DNA of 64,000 nucleotides from Candidatus Hermodarchaeota archaeon (GTDB lineage: Archaea; Asgardarchaeota; Hermodarchaeia; Hermodarchaeales; Hermodarchaeaceae). Positions 9,422-18,061 of this stretch are shown here, piece after piece; position 1 is the first letter of the stretch, and the number at the start of each line of letters is the position of its first letter. A program made the position numbers and the translations under genes. The DNA lies in assembly GCA_016839805.1 (NCBI GenBank), contig JAEOTO010000032.1, positions 96,001 to 160,000 of the forward strand, read 5' to 3'. A model generated the notes under the pieces. It worked only from the letters and a program-made list of their open reading frames with translations. It was not told the origin of the DNA and did not search any database.

Positions 9422-9679
9422 GTGATACGAATGTCAAATGAAAACTCCAGAATACGATTAGTTAGAAGATCTTTTGGAACATTCATAGAAGCTCTAATAA
9501 TTTTCATTCTCCTGGTAAGTGGCATTGGTGTTGCTGTAGTTAGTAAAATCGTTGGCTTAATAGCCCCTGGATTATTCCTTCTTGCGATTAGTGTTGGTGT
9601 AGAGATTGCTGGAATAATCCTCGTGGGTCTTTATTTTTACTTTAGATCAATTCGTCGGACCGAAATTGAGCCCGAATAG
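9422..9679 (+). CDS. Small two-TM membrane protein, unknown function
   Basis: Two hydrophobic helices; fills the gap between co-oriented genes. Confidence 0.6.
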   Translation: MIRMSNENSRIRLVRRSFGTFIEALIIFILLVSGIGVAVVSKIVGLIAPGLFLLAISVGVEIAGIILVGLYFYFRSIRRTEIEPE

Positions 9680-9741
9680 TGGTTCCTAGTAGTTGAGGAC
9701 CTTTAAAGGGGTCAAATCCAGGTATATTTTGAGGGTATCGA

Positions 9742-10341
9742 GTGGACATCATCCTCGGAGTTGCTGTTACCATTTTTGTTTTCGCTCTCCTTCTCTATGC
9801 TGCAATAACGGATCTTCAAACAGGTGAGGTGTCTAACTCGGTCTGGATAATAGGGTTACTGGCTCTCCCTATCACTATTTTTCGCATGGTCTTATATGGA
9901 GCCATACTTCTCTACATATTTCAAGCTGTGTTAGTCCTCGTTTTTGTGATTATTGGATTTTATGTTGGGCTATTGGGTGGCGCCGATGGGAAAGCAATTC
10001 TTCTTGTGTCCCTGATTTACCCCTGGAATGTTTTTACTCCTTTATGGTTAATTGCCGCTCCTTTCTTAGTCCAGGCAGGAGGCTTCTGTTTATTGGGCGT
10101 ATATAGTTTGTTTCTTTTAATTAGAAATGGAGTAACGTGGAGACGATTAACTCCCAGCCAACGAAAAACAACAAGACCCATAAAGCGAATATTTTGGCTT
10201 ACTCGCCGGTTTAACCGACCAAACTCTAAGAAAAAAGGAACTGAGTGGAAACCTGTTTCAGTTGCATTAATTGCCTATTTTTTAATTGCCTACATTAGCT
10301 TGTTGATTTTATCAGGTGTACAAATTCTGATGTTGAATTAA
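9742..10341 (+). CDS. Prepilin/prearchaellin peptidase (A24 family, PibD/FlaK-like)
   Basis: First Asp in AITDLQTGEVSN, second in GGADGK; multi-TM. Confidence 0.85.
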   Translation: MDIILGVAVTIFVFALLLYAAITDLQTGEVSNSVWIIGLLALPITIFRMVLYGAILLYIFQAVLVLVFVIIGFYVGLLGGADGKAILLVSLIYPWNVFTPLWLIAAPFLVQAGGFCLLGVYSLFLLIRNGVTWRRLTPSQRKTTRPIKRIFWLTRRFNRPNSKKKGTEWKPVSVALIAYFLIAYISLLILSGVQILMLN

Positions 10342-11075
10342 AGTTCGCCACCAGGCATGACAACAAGCCCTGAACTACTAATTTCGAAAGGAAACCGTTT
10401 CAAACTGTGCCCTGTTTGACGCATCTTTCGTACAACTAAGCTACGGCGAAGTTCACGATCCTGTTCGGTGAGGAATAAGATAACTAGCCCCTGAGCGATG
10501 AATTCTTCCACCCCATAACGACTGAACCCTGTGGAACCCTCAGCAACTTCTGAGGTCATTATTGAAGTAGCGCCAAGTTCCCGAAGTAAACTTGATAATT
10601 TGAATATTGCGTTTCTCACTGCAGCTATTCCTTCAAATCTCACTCCAAGGCCTGACACGGAATCAATGACGATTCGCCTAGCGTTAATTCGTTTGGTCAC
10701 ACGATAGATTTCTTGTGCAAGAGCATTAATATCAAGACCTGTTCTAATAGCGTGTGGTTCTGTAGTCGGTAATCCAGCTTTGCTGGAGGCTGCATCAACA
10801 ATAATGAGTTTTTCTTCTTCTTGCAGTTTCTCAAAATTCCATCCGAAGCGTGCTGCTTCGCGTCGTAGTTCTTTAGGACGTTCTTCTAAAGTTACAAACA
10901 CTCCATTGTCTCCATATTTCATTGCACCGGAATAGAGAAATTGCATGCAGAAAATTGTCTTCCCTGTACCAGCCCCACCGGAGACTAATACATTACTTCC
11001 AGGAATGTATCCTCCATGAAGGATGCCATCTAAGCCTGGAATTCCCGTCTTCACCCTTTCTGATGTCTCAGACAT
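10338..11075 (-). CDS. Single-domain KaiC/RecA-superfamily ATPase
   Basis: RVKTGIPGLD, GGAGTGKT, TLEE, RIVIDS, VEEF, KMRQT.H. ATG at 11075 overlaps the upstream Lrp stop codon. Confidence 0.9.
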   Translation of the reverse strand: MSETSERVKTGIPGLDGILHGGYIPGSNVLVSGGAGTGKTIFCMQFLYSGAMKYGDNGVFVTLEERPKELRREAARFGWNFEKLQEEEKLIIVDAASSKAGLPTTEPHAIRTGLDINALAQEIYRVTKRINARRIVIDSVSGLGVRFEGIAAVRNAIFKLSSLLRELGATSIMTSEVAEGSTGFSRYGVEEFIAQGLVILFLTEQDRELRRSLVVRKMRQTGHSLKRFPFEISSSGLVVMPGGEL

Positions 11076-11595
11076 CTTCTTTTTCCTCCGTTTCGATAAG
11101 GGGTAAGCCTGTTCCAACCAGAGTCTCACCCTTTGATGGTTGTTTGAGGAACCATAATCTAGCGTCGACAACATCGGGGTTGTCTTTGAGCTTTTCAAAT
11201 ATTTCTTCAAGTTCCGTTTTCTGTTTCCCAAGAATAAACGCGAAAATTCCCGTTTCAGTTTCATTAAGCGCAAGAAAAATTACATTCGTTCGATTTTCAA
11301 GATCAGCCTTTATTTTTTGAGTGTGTTCTACGGTGATGTCTCGAAGAATATGTCCACCAATTTCAACAAATAACACACCACATACAGTGAACCCCAGCAT
11401 TTCCTGATCGATGCTTACTGTGAATTTCTTTATGACTCCTGCCTGTTGAAGTTTGCGGATTCGAAATAAAATTGTCGTGTCCGGAATATTTTGTTTCATC
11501 GCTTTTGATAGAGTTCTCGCAATTTGGGTGTACTTTGCTCGACCATCCGTTTGGAGTAAAGAGAGGATTTGCATATCCTTATCATCAAGTTTCAC
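11068..11595 (-). CDS. Lrp/AsnC-family regulator
   Basis: LDDKDMQILSLLQTDGR...RIRKLQQAGVIKKF. Confidence 0.85.
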   Translation of the reverse strand: MKLDDKDMQILSLLQTDGRAKYTQIARTLSKAMKQNIPDTTILFRIRKLQQAGVIKKFTVSIDQEMLGFTVCGVLFVEIGGHILRDITVEHTQKIKADLENRTNVIFLALNETETGIFAFILGKQKTELEEIFEKLKDNPDVVDARLWFLKQPSKGETLVGTGLPLIETEEKEDV

Positions 11596-11697
11596 TAAAC
11601 TCCCTCGATATCACATTACTAAATCGACATTAGAAAAGGTGACCTATTAAGGTTTCCTCAACTAATATCCGGTTCCAAAGAGAAATCTTCAACTTGA

Positions 11698-12015
11698 TTA
11701 GGGAGGTAGCGCGGTAGCTGCATAAATGAAGTTAAACCCTAGTAGGTAAATCATGAGGAATAACAGAACAGCTGTGCCTAGTCCCTTAATCAATCCCTTG
11801 ACATGTCCACCAATTTCTTGAGGATTAACACCTAGAAGATATACGGCAAGGAAATACGACAAGATAATTAGTACTAATCCGATAACAAACCCAATCAAAC
11901 CTAAGGGACCCCAAAGGTTTAAACCCAATACAATAGCTGCAGAAATAAATGCAAAAATTATGCGCGTATAGTATATCCGATCTTCAGGTGTTATACGCTC
12001 AAATAATGAAGTCAT
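11698..12015 (-). CDS. EMC6/OPTI (Rab5ip family)-like three-TM membrane protein
   Basis: IYYTRIIFAFI..., LWGPLGLIGF, YLLGVNPQEIGG....IKGLGTAVLLFLMIY follow the Rab5ip/EMC6 pattern as recalled; about 105 aa. Confidence 0.7.
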   Translation of the reverse strand: MTSLFERITPEDRIYYTRIIFAFISAAIVLGLNLWGPLGLIGFVIGLVLIILSYFLAVYLLGVNPQEIGGHVKGLIKGLGTAVLLFLMIYLLGFNFIYAATALPP

Positions 12016-12039
12016 CTTTTCCAACGATGGTGAGCCTCC

Positions 12040-14049
12040 ATGAATCCAGGTATGACAGCGTCCGATATTTTCGTTGTGCTTCGCGAAGTTAAGGACTTAA
12101 TAGTCGAGAGATGGATTCTGAATGTTTATCAACTTAACGGTATTCTACTTTTTAAGATCAGTTCTGATACACCGAATAAAACCTGGCTATTGATTGAACC
12201 TGGAAAGAGGATGCACTTAACATCCCTCAGATATGAACGAGAAGCAAAACTACGCGCGTTTTGTAAAGCACTCCGGAAACATCTACGAGATCATAAAATA
12301 TCGGTTATTGAACAACACGATTTCGATCGAGTCGTCTATCTACGAGCTGGACCACCCGAAAAACGATTTACATTAGTAATCGAGCTATTTGGCGGCGGGA
12401 ACGCAATCCTCCTCGATCCCAAAGATCGCATTGTATCTGCGATGACATATCGACGAATGCGAGACCGTGACATTGTTCGGGGAGCACCCTTTCAGTTTCC
12501 CCCATTACGAGCAGCTGATCCACGCCAAATATCGGGTAAGGAGCTGAATTCCTTACTTGATGATTCTGAACAAGATATTGTCCGGACTTTAGTTCATAGC
12601 CTAAATATGAGCGGATCAACAGCCGAAGAAATCCTATCTACAGCTGAAATCGCCTATAAAATCAACGCAAAGAGTTTAACCCCCAAACAACGAAAAACTC
12701 TGCATCAAGCATTGAGTTCATACTTCATAACCCTGGCTGAGGAGCCACTTAAACCTAGAATTGTCCTAGGAGAAAATGAGGAGCCACTTCAAGTCCTACC
12801 AACAGAGAGTAAGCGTTTTCAGAAATCAAAAGTTAGATCATTTTCCACGTTTAACCAGGCCCTCGACAATTATTACTCAACTTACCATGAAGAAACGGCA
12901 GTAGAGGAAATCACTGATACATATCAACGTGATTTCAAAAAGCTTCAATATTTATTGAGCCAACAGCAAGAGCACCTTGAAACCATGCAAACTAGGGCGA
13001 AGCAAAGCCGCGATGCAGCTAACGTGATTTATCAAAACCTGAATTTAGTCGAAGAGCTCTTATCCACAATACAAGATGCACGTCAACAAGGTCATTCCTG
13101 GAAGGAAATTACCAAACGCCTTGAAAACGGAAGACAGCAGAAAATTCCTGCTGCAATGATTGTTAAAGGGATTCACCCACATTCAGGACGCATTCAAATT
13201 CAATTGAATGCCGTTTCGTTATCACTTGATATTCGTTTGTCGGCCACTGAAAACGCGAACCAACTATTCCAGCGCAGTAAACAACTTGAGAAAAAAGTCA
13301 AAGGGGCCTCCATTGCTATCGAAAATACAAAACAAAAAATTGCACGACTTGATGAAAAACGTGATGACGAACTTACTGCAGCAGATTCTGACAAGCTCAT
13401 GTATCGGCGAAAGAAACGTTGGTTTGAGAAATTTAGGTGGTTTGAAACATCTGGAGATTTTTTGGTCTTAGGAGGACGTGACGCAGGGAGTAACCAACAA
13501 CTCATCCGGAAATATCTTGATGAGTCTGATCTCTTTTTCCATGCAGATTTTGCCGGAGCCCCCATAGTAATTGTCAAAACAGAGGGAAGAGATGTTTCTG
13601 AAGAAGAGTTAGCGGAAATCGCCATTTTTGCGGTGAGTTATTCACGTGCATGGAAAGCTAGTAGTAGCGCAGCAGATGCTTATTGGGTAACTAGTGATCA
13701 AGTTTCTTTAAGCGCCCCATCAGGAGAATTCTTACCAAAAGGCGCTGTGATGGTTAGGGGAGAACGGAATTATCTCCGAAATAATCCAGTTCGGATAGCT
13801 ATTGGAGTAATAATTGAGGAAGGATTCCCTATTATTATAGCTGGACCCGAGTCAACTATTCGGAAAAAAACCAAGGTGTTTTTTATAATAACCCCGGGAA
13901 AAATGAAGGTCTCAGATGCTGCAAAACGATTGAGAGCTGATTTTTCTGAAAGAGTTCCCTCAGAATTTCAAAGCAAAGTTCGAGCCTTAAGTATTGATGA
14001 AATTATCGCGATTTTACCTCCAGGTCCAATTGATTTTGTTAAAGAGTGA
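12040..14049 (+). CDS. rqcH: Ribosome quality-control protein Rqc2/RqcH/NEMF (NFACT family)
   Basis: LRKHL, QHDFDRVV, IELFGGGNAIL, ENAN..F..SK, WFEKFRWF, GRDA..N, FHAD, APSGEFLPKG. Confidence 0.93.
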   Translation: MNPGMTASDIFVVLREVKDLIVERWILNVYQLNGILLFKISSDTPNKTWLLIEPGKRMHLTSLRYEREAKLRAFCKALRKHLRDHKISVIEQHDFDRVVYLRAGPPEKRFTLVIELFGGGNAILLDPKDRIVSAMTYRRMRDRDIVRGAPFQFPPLRAADPRQISGKELNSLLDDSEQDIVRTLVHSLNMSGSTAEEILSTAEIAYKINAKSLTPKQRKTLHQALSSYFITLAEEPLKPRIVLGENEEPLQVLPTESKRFQKSKVRSFSTFNQALDNYYSTYHEETAVEEITDTYQRDFKKLQYLLSQQQEHLETMQTRAKQSRDAANVIYQNLNLVEELLSTIQDARQQGHSWKEITKRLENGRQQKIPAAMIVKGIHPHSGRIQIQLNAVSLSLDIRLSATENANQLFQRSKQLEKKVKGASIAIENTKQKIARLDEKRDDELTAADSDKLMYRRKKRWFEKFRWFETSGDFLVLGGRDAGSNQQLIRKYLDESDLFFHADFAGAPIVIVKTEGRDVSEEELAEIAIFAVSYSRAWKASSSAADAYWVTSDQVSLSAPSGEFLPKGAVMVRGERNYLRNNPVRIAIGVIIEEGFPIIIAGPESTIRKKTKVFFIITPGKMKVSDAAKRLRADFSERVPSEFQSKVRALSIDEIIAILPPGPIDFVKE

Positions 14050-14132
14050 ATATCAGTTTTGGGATGTTTGGAACGTAAGAGCCAAACTATTTTGAGTAAC
14101 GACGCTAACTATGGTTTGACGAGGTGAGGTAG

Positions 14133-14948
14133 GTGCATGTTGAAAAAATTATGGCAAGTCCAGTAAAAACTATAGATAAAGATCAAGTGGTTTCAATGGC
14201 ATTGGAGTTGATGGAAAAATATGGTATCTCTGCAATTCCCGTAACAGATAGTAATCGTCTGGTAGGGTTAATCACTGAAGTAGATATTTTGGATCGACTA
14301 GGATCAGCTCGAGCAGGAAAACTGACTCCATCCAGCATCCATGTTAGTTCTGTTATGGAGTTGAATCCTAAGACTGTTGAGCCGTCAACTAATCTGTTCA
14401 AAGCAGCAAATTTACTTCTTGAACGCCAAGAACGAGCTTTACCAGTCGTAAAAGATGAGGAAATTGTTGGAATAATTACTAATACACATTTTGTAAAAAA
14501 ATGCCTTGATATTGATAAGCACTATGTTCGTGATCTCAAACTGGAAAATCCAATCAGCATTAGTCCTACTGAACGGGTTGTACATGCCCGTCAGTTAATA
14601 TTGACAAAGGGGATGCCGGGCCTGCCCGTGTTTGATCAAGGAGAAATAATTGGATTAGTTACTAAAAAACGGTTGGCGCTGGGCTTTGCTGCGTTTCGCC
14701 GAGAAACACCAGCGAAATATCAAAGCACTCGCTTGCGTGATTTTCGTGTATTGAATATTCTAACGACAACAGAGTTAACAACCACTCCTAATACTCCGAT
14801 CGGTGAAGCTGCTGAGCTTCTGCTACGTGAACATCAACATCTTCTACCTGTCATGAAGAAGGGAAATATGGTCAACATACTAATACGGCGTAATTTAGTT
14901 GACTTGGTTGCGAATCGATTTACACCACATAACAATACGAGCCATTAA
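14133..14948 (+). CDS. Four-CBS-domain protein
   Basis: Repeated IPV/LPV....lvGiiT CBS units. Confidence 0.88.
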   Translation: MHVEKIMASPVKTIDKDQVVSMALELMEKYGISAIPVTDSNRLVGLITEVDILDRLGSARAGKLTPSSIHVSSVMELNPKTVEPSTNLFKAANLLLERQERALPVVKDEEIVGIITNTHFVKKCLDIDKHYVRDLKLENPISISPTERVVHARQLILTKGMPGLPVFDQGEIIGLVTKKRLALGFAAFRRETPAKYQSTRLRDFRVLNILTTTELTTTPNTPIGEAAELLLREHQHLLPVMKKGNMVNILIRRNLVDLVANRFTPHNNTSH

Positions 14949-14965
14949 TCCGGTGAAACGATCCA

Positions 14966-15616
14966 ATGTCCAAATTACTCACCCTCAAAGAAGGAACTCT
15001 TCTAACAAGACTTGCTCGCCAGGCAATTGAAAGCTTCATTCGTGACAAAAAACAACTAGAATTACCGAAGATTGACTCAGAAGCCTTACATGAAAGTCGG
15101 GGTGTTTTTGTTACATTAAAGAAACAGAACCCTCAGGCAAAGGAAGAGTGGATGCTGAGGGGCTGTATAGGTAGATTACAATCTGGACCTACTAACCGTT
15201 TGGATCCGATCTCTTTGCTTGAAGCAACACGGCAAGCCGCTTTAAGTTCAGCCCTCGACGATCCACGATTCCCAGCAGTTCAGGTTGACGAACTTGAATT
15301 AATTCTAGTTGAAGTGAGCGTCCTGACGAAACCTGAACTCCTCACCTTAACTGACCGGACAAAACTGGTAGACCAAATTGAGATTGGAAAAGATGGATTG
15401 ATAATTGAAGGAAAAGGATGGCACCGGGGATTGCTTCTTCCTCAAGTTGCACCTGAGCAAGGTTGGAATGCAAAAGAGTTCCTCCAAGGCTGTTGTCAAA
15501 AAGCAGGATTGCCAATAGATAGTTATTTGGATTCCAATGTGAAGGTTCTTAAATTTCAAGCCCAGATTTTCGCTGAAACCAGTGTAAACGGAGAGGTTAT
15601 TGAACGGTCCTTCTAA
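14966..15616 (+). CDS. AMMECR1-family protein (AmmeMemoRadiSam protein A)
   Basis: GVFVTL, LRGCIG, DPRFP, EVSVLT, GLLLPQVA, C.KAGL. Confidence 0.93.
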   Translation: MSKLLTLKEGTLLTRLARQAIESFIRDKKQLELPKIDSEALHESRGVFVTLKKQNPQAKEEWMLRGCIGRLQSGPTNRLDPISLLEATRQAALSSALDDPRFPAVQVDELELILVEVSVLTKPELLTLTDRTKLVDQIEIGKDGLIIEGKGWHRGLLLPQVAPEQGWNAKEFLQGCCQKAGLPIDSYLDSNVKVLKFQAQIFAETSVNGEVIERSF

Positions 15617-15618
15617 TG

Positions 15619-16074
15619 CTACTTAGTACTTGTCGGAATTGGGGGCGTATTGTTTACTTCGTCAAGTACCATAAGTGTGTTGATACTAGTGATACCAGGA
15701 ATTTTTGATAACGATTTTTGAAGAATAGAAGCAAAATCAGAAACATCACTCGCAATAAGTCGAACAACCAAATCGACAGTTCCCGCAGTTTTTGTTATTG
15801 ACAAAATTTGAGGTATCTTATGCAGTTGCTTGGAAACCGTGTCTGCTCTACCATGTTCCGTGCGGACGAGGAGAAGCGATTGTATTGGCCAACCAATCTT
15901 CGCCCAATCCAATTCAACACCGAGTCTAGTGATTATTCCCCGATTGACAAGGCTGTTAATACGATTGCGCGCTGCAGTAGCACTGAGCCCTACGCTTCGT
16001 CCCAATTCAGAGAAGGATATTCGTGAATTGGATTGCAATACTTCTAGAATCTGCTGATCCACTTCATCCAACAT
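15619..16074 (-). CDS. Lrp/AsnC-family regulator
   Basis: LDEVDQQILEVLQSNSRISFSELG HTH plus RAM domain. Confidence 0.9.
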   Translation of the reverse strand: MLDEVDQQILEVLQSNSRISFSELGRSVGLSATAARNRINSLVNRGIITRLGVELDWAKIGWPIQSLLLVRTEHGRADTVSKQLHKIPQILSITKTAGTVDLVVRLIASDVSDFASILQKSLSKIPGITSINTLMVLDEVNNTPPIPTSTK

Positions 16075-16144
16075 GTTAATCGGGGCTCCCTCAAAATAGT
16101 CTTGTTACGAGTGCTTAAAAGCATAGTCGCCCAGAATTCAATCA

Positions 16145-17575
16145 ATGTTTTCGCTACAAAAAATTAGAAGTAGAATATTGGATCAAATTCGCCCCACCAA
16201 GTTGGAGATCGATGAAAGTTTCCGAGTTTATACGAAAATAAAAGAAAGCATTCAACGTGTAGCGAAAGATCGGAAACTTGCTCTTGCATTTATTGAACTT
16301 GAAGGGTCATCGGGACGAAAACAGACTCAACTTCGAAGCTGGCGCGAACTAGATATATTCATTGGATTATCCCCATCCATTTTGCCGAAATCAATCGAGT
16401 TAGAAAAGCCCAAGAAACACCTCGTTAGAAAACTCTTCAAAAAACTCGTAAAAGAGGTAGCAATTGTCGCAGCTCAAAAAGTCGGAGCACAAACCGAAAA
16501 TATTGCCTATTCTGAGCATCCATACGTTTCCATAAATTTAGACAAGTATCTGGTGGACGTAGTATTTTGTTTTGATCTTACGCCGGAATATATTATGGAA
16601 AATGGACCAATTACCGCTGTTGATCGAACTCCTCATCATTCGCGCTTCGTTGATGCAAACCTGACACAACAACAACGTGATGATGTGCGTATTTTCAAAG
16701 CATTTTGTCATTCAATATTTGTCTATGGAGATTCGAGCCCGGTTGGACGTAGTGGCTTTACTGGTTTTAGTACAGAGATGTTTATCTATCATTCAAAAAA
16801 CATCGATTCTGCCTTCGATTTTCTTTCTCAATCTCCAACAATCTGTCTGGACTTTTTTGGTCGTTCCTCACAAGAATTGCAGAAAGATTTTCCTAAAGAC
16901 TTCTTAATTATCACGGACCCTACAGACGCAAATCGAAATATTGCCTCAAGTATTTCACAACGTGCTTATCGATTTGCTCAGCATAACGCGCAACAATTAC
17001 ATAAACAACCTTCTAGTACTTTTTTCCAAAGACAACCGATTCCTATTCTTTCAACAAAAGAGCTTGCGCAACTGACTTCAAATTATTATGTAATTGAATT
17101 CTACGATGAAACGACCTGGCATTATACGAAAACGCGTGATAAACTCTATCGATATTTTACAAAATTACAGAAAGCCCTTAGATGTGAACCCACTGGTGAA
17201 TTACGGTTTGGAGCAGTTACGTTCGAAGAAGTATTTCAACCTCCAATTTTTGCCATTGCCCTTCATGTGGAAAAAAGTGAAATTAAAGACTCCTATGTTC
17301 GAATTGGCCCACCAGCGGATTTTATCGAGGGAGTAGAACGCTTTACGGAAAAACACCCGGATGCAGTTTTAGTAAACGGGAGATACAATGCTAAAATCAC
17401 AAGAACCGTTACAGACGCTGAACAAGCCCTCCGCCAATATTTCGCGGAAAACCTACTATCACCCAAGTTATCACTAATAGATATTACAAATCATGGGACA
17501 ACAAAAATTGGAAAACAATCATTATGGATCTTGAAAAACGCTATTCAGCCCTTTGTCAATCCAAATATTGAATGA
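16145..17575 (+). CDS. cca: Archaeal class I CCA-adding enzyme
   Basis: EGS.......ELDIF, YSEHPYV, AVDRTPHH, GFTGFSTE, DPTDANRNIA. Confidence 0.88.
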   Translation: MFSLQKIRSRILDQIRPTKLEIDESFRVYTKIKESIQRVAKDRKLALAFIELEGSSGRKQTQLRSWRELDIFIGLSPSILPKSIELEKPKKHLVRKLFKKLVKEVAIVAAQKVGAQTENIAYSEHPYVSINLDKYLVDVVFCFDLTPEYIMENGPITAVDRTPHHSRFVDANLTQQQRDDVRIFKAFCHSIFVYGDSSPVGRSGFTGFSTEMFIYHSKNIDSAFDFLSQSPTICLDFFGRSSQELQKDFPKDFLIITDPTDANRNIASSISQRAYRFAQHNAQQLHKQPSSTFFQRQPIPILSTKELAQLTSNYYVIEFYDETTWHYTKTRDKLYRYFTKLQKALRCEPTGELRFGAVTFEEVFQPPIFAIALHVEKSEIKDSYVRIGPPADFIEGVERFTEKHPDAVLVNGRYNAKITRTVTDAEQALRQYFAENLLSPKLSLIDITNHGTTKIGKQSLWILKNAIQPFVNPNIE

Positions 17576-17594
17576 CAAAATATTAACTAAATTT

Positions 17595-17984
17595 CTACTT
17601 CTTTTTTGCTTCATAGACATGAATACTAGTTTTAGTTTTTTTCTGTAATGGAGTCTCAAAAAACGCGATGATGTCATCCCCTGAAGCATTAGCTAGTTTC
17701 TCATCGTCCACAGCTACTAGTCTGAGTGCTCCATATGCGTATTCAAATAGTCCTGTAACGTTGTGAACCTGATTATCTGTGGTGGCGTATTCGACAAGAA
17801 CAAAACTTGAAGACAGCTTATTCAAACCCTCAGGAGACTTGACTTCAAAGTTCATCATGTGAGTTTTGGAAATTTCCTTCAATTCGTTTATGAACTTAGG
17901 TCGAATCATTTTTGCGCCGGTTTTATCAAGAACGTCAGTTAGAACTCGTTCTGATGATTTAAGTCGAATATGCCAATCGCCCAC
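17595..17984 (-). CDS. Hypothetical protein
   Basis: 129-aa ORF filling the gap; GGGTGG SD-like sequence before the GTG; no recognised motif. Confidence 0.65.
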   Translation of the reverse strand: MGDWHIRLKSSERVLTDVLDKTGAKMIRPKFINELKEISKTHMMNFEVKSPEGLNKLSSSFVLVEYATTDNQVHNVTGLFEYAYGALRLVAVDDEKLANASGDDIIAFFETPLQKKTKTSIHVYEAKKK

Positions 17985-18061
17985 TGGAATCCACCCTTTG
18001 CTATAAATTACAAACTGTAAAATAGTAAAGTGTAACTCCGTTTTAACGATTTGGCAAGTCG

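Noticed and set aside
11076-11273. Long N-terminal extension of the KaiC ORF (likewise those of nucS, rio2, iorB and rpoK)
   Set aside because: These overlap neighbouring real genes; family homology starts at downstream start codons.
16300-16365. CCA enzyme has ExD instead of DxD
   Set aside because: Glu at the first carboxylate occurs in active archaeal class I enzymes, so it is not evidence of inactivation.
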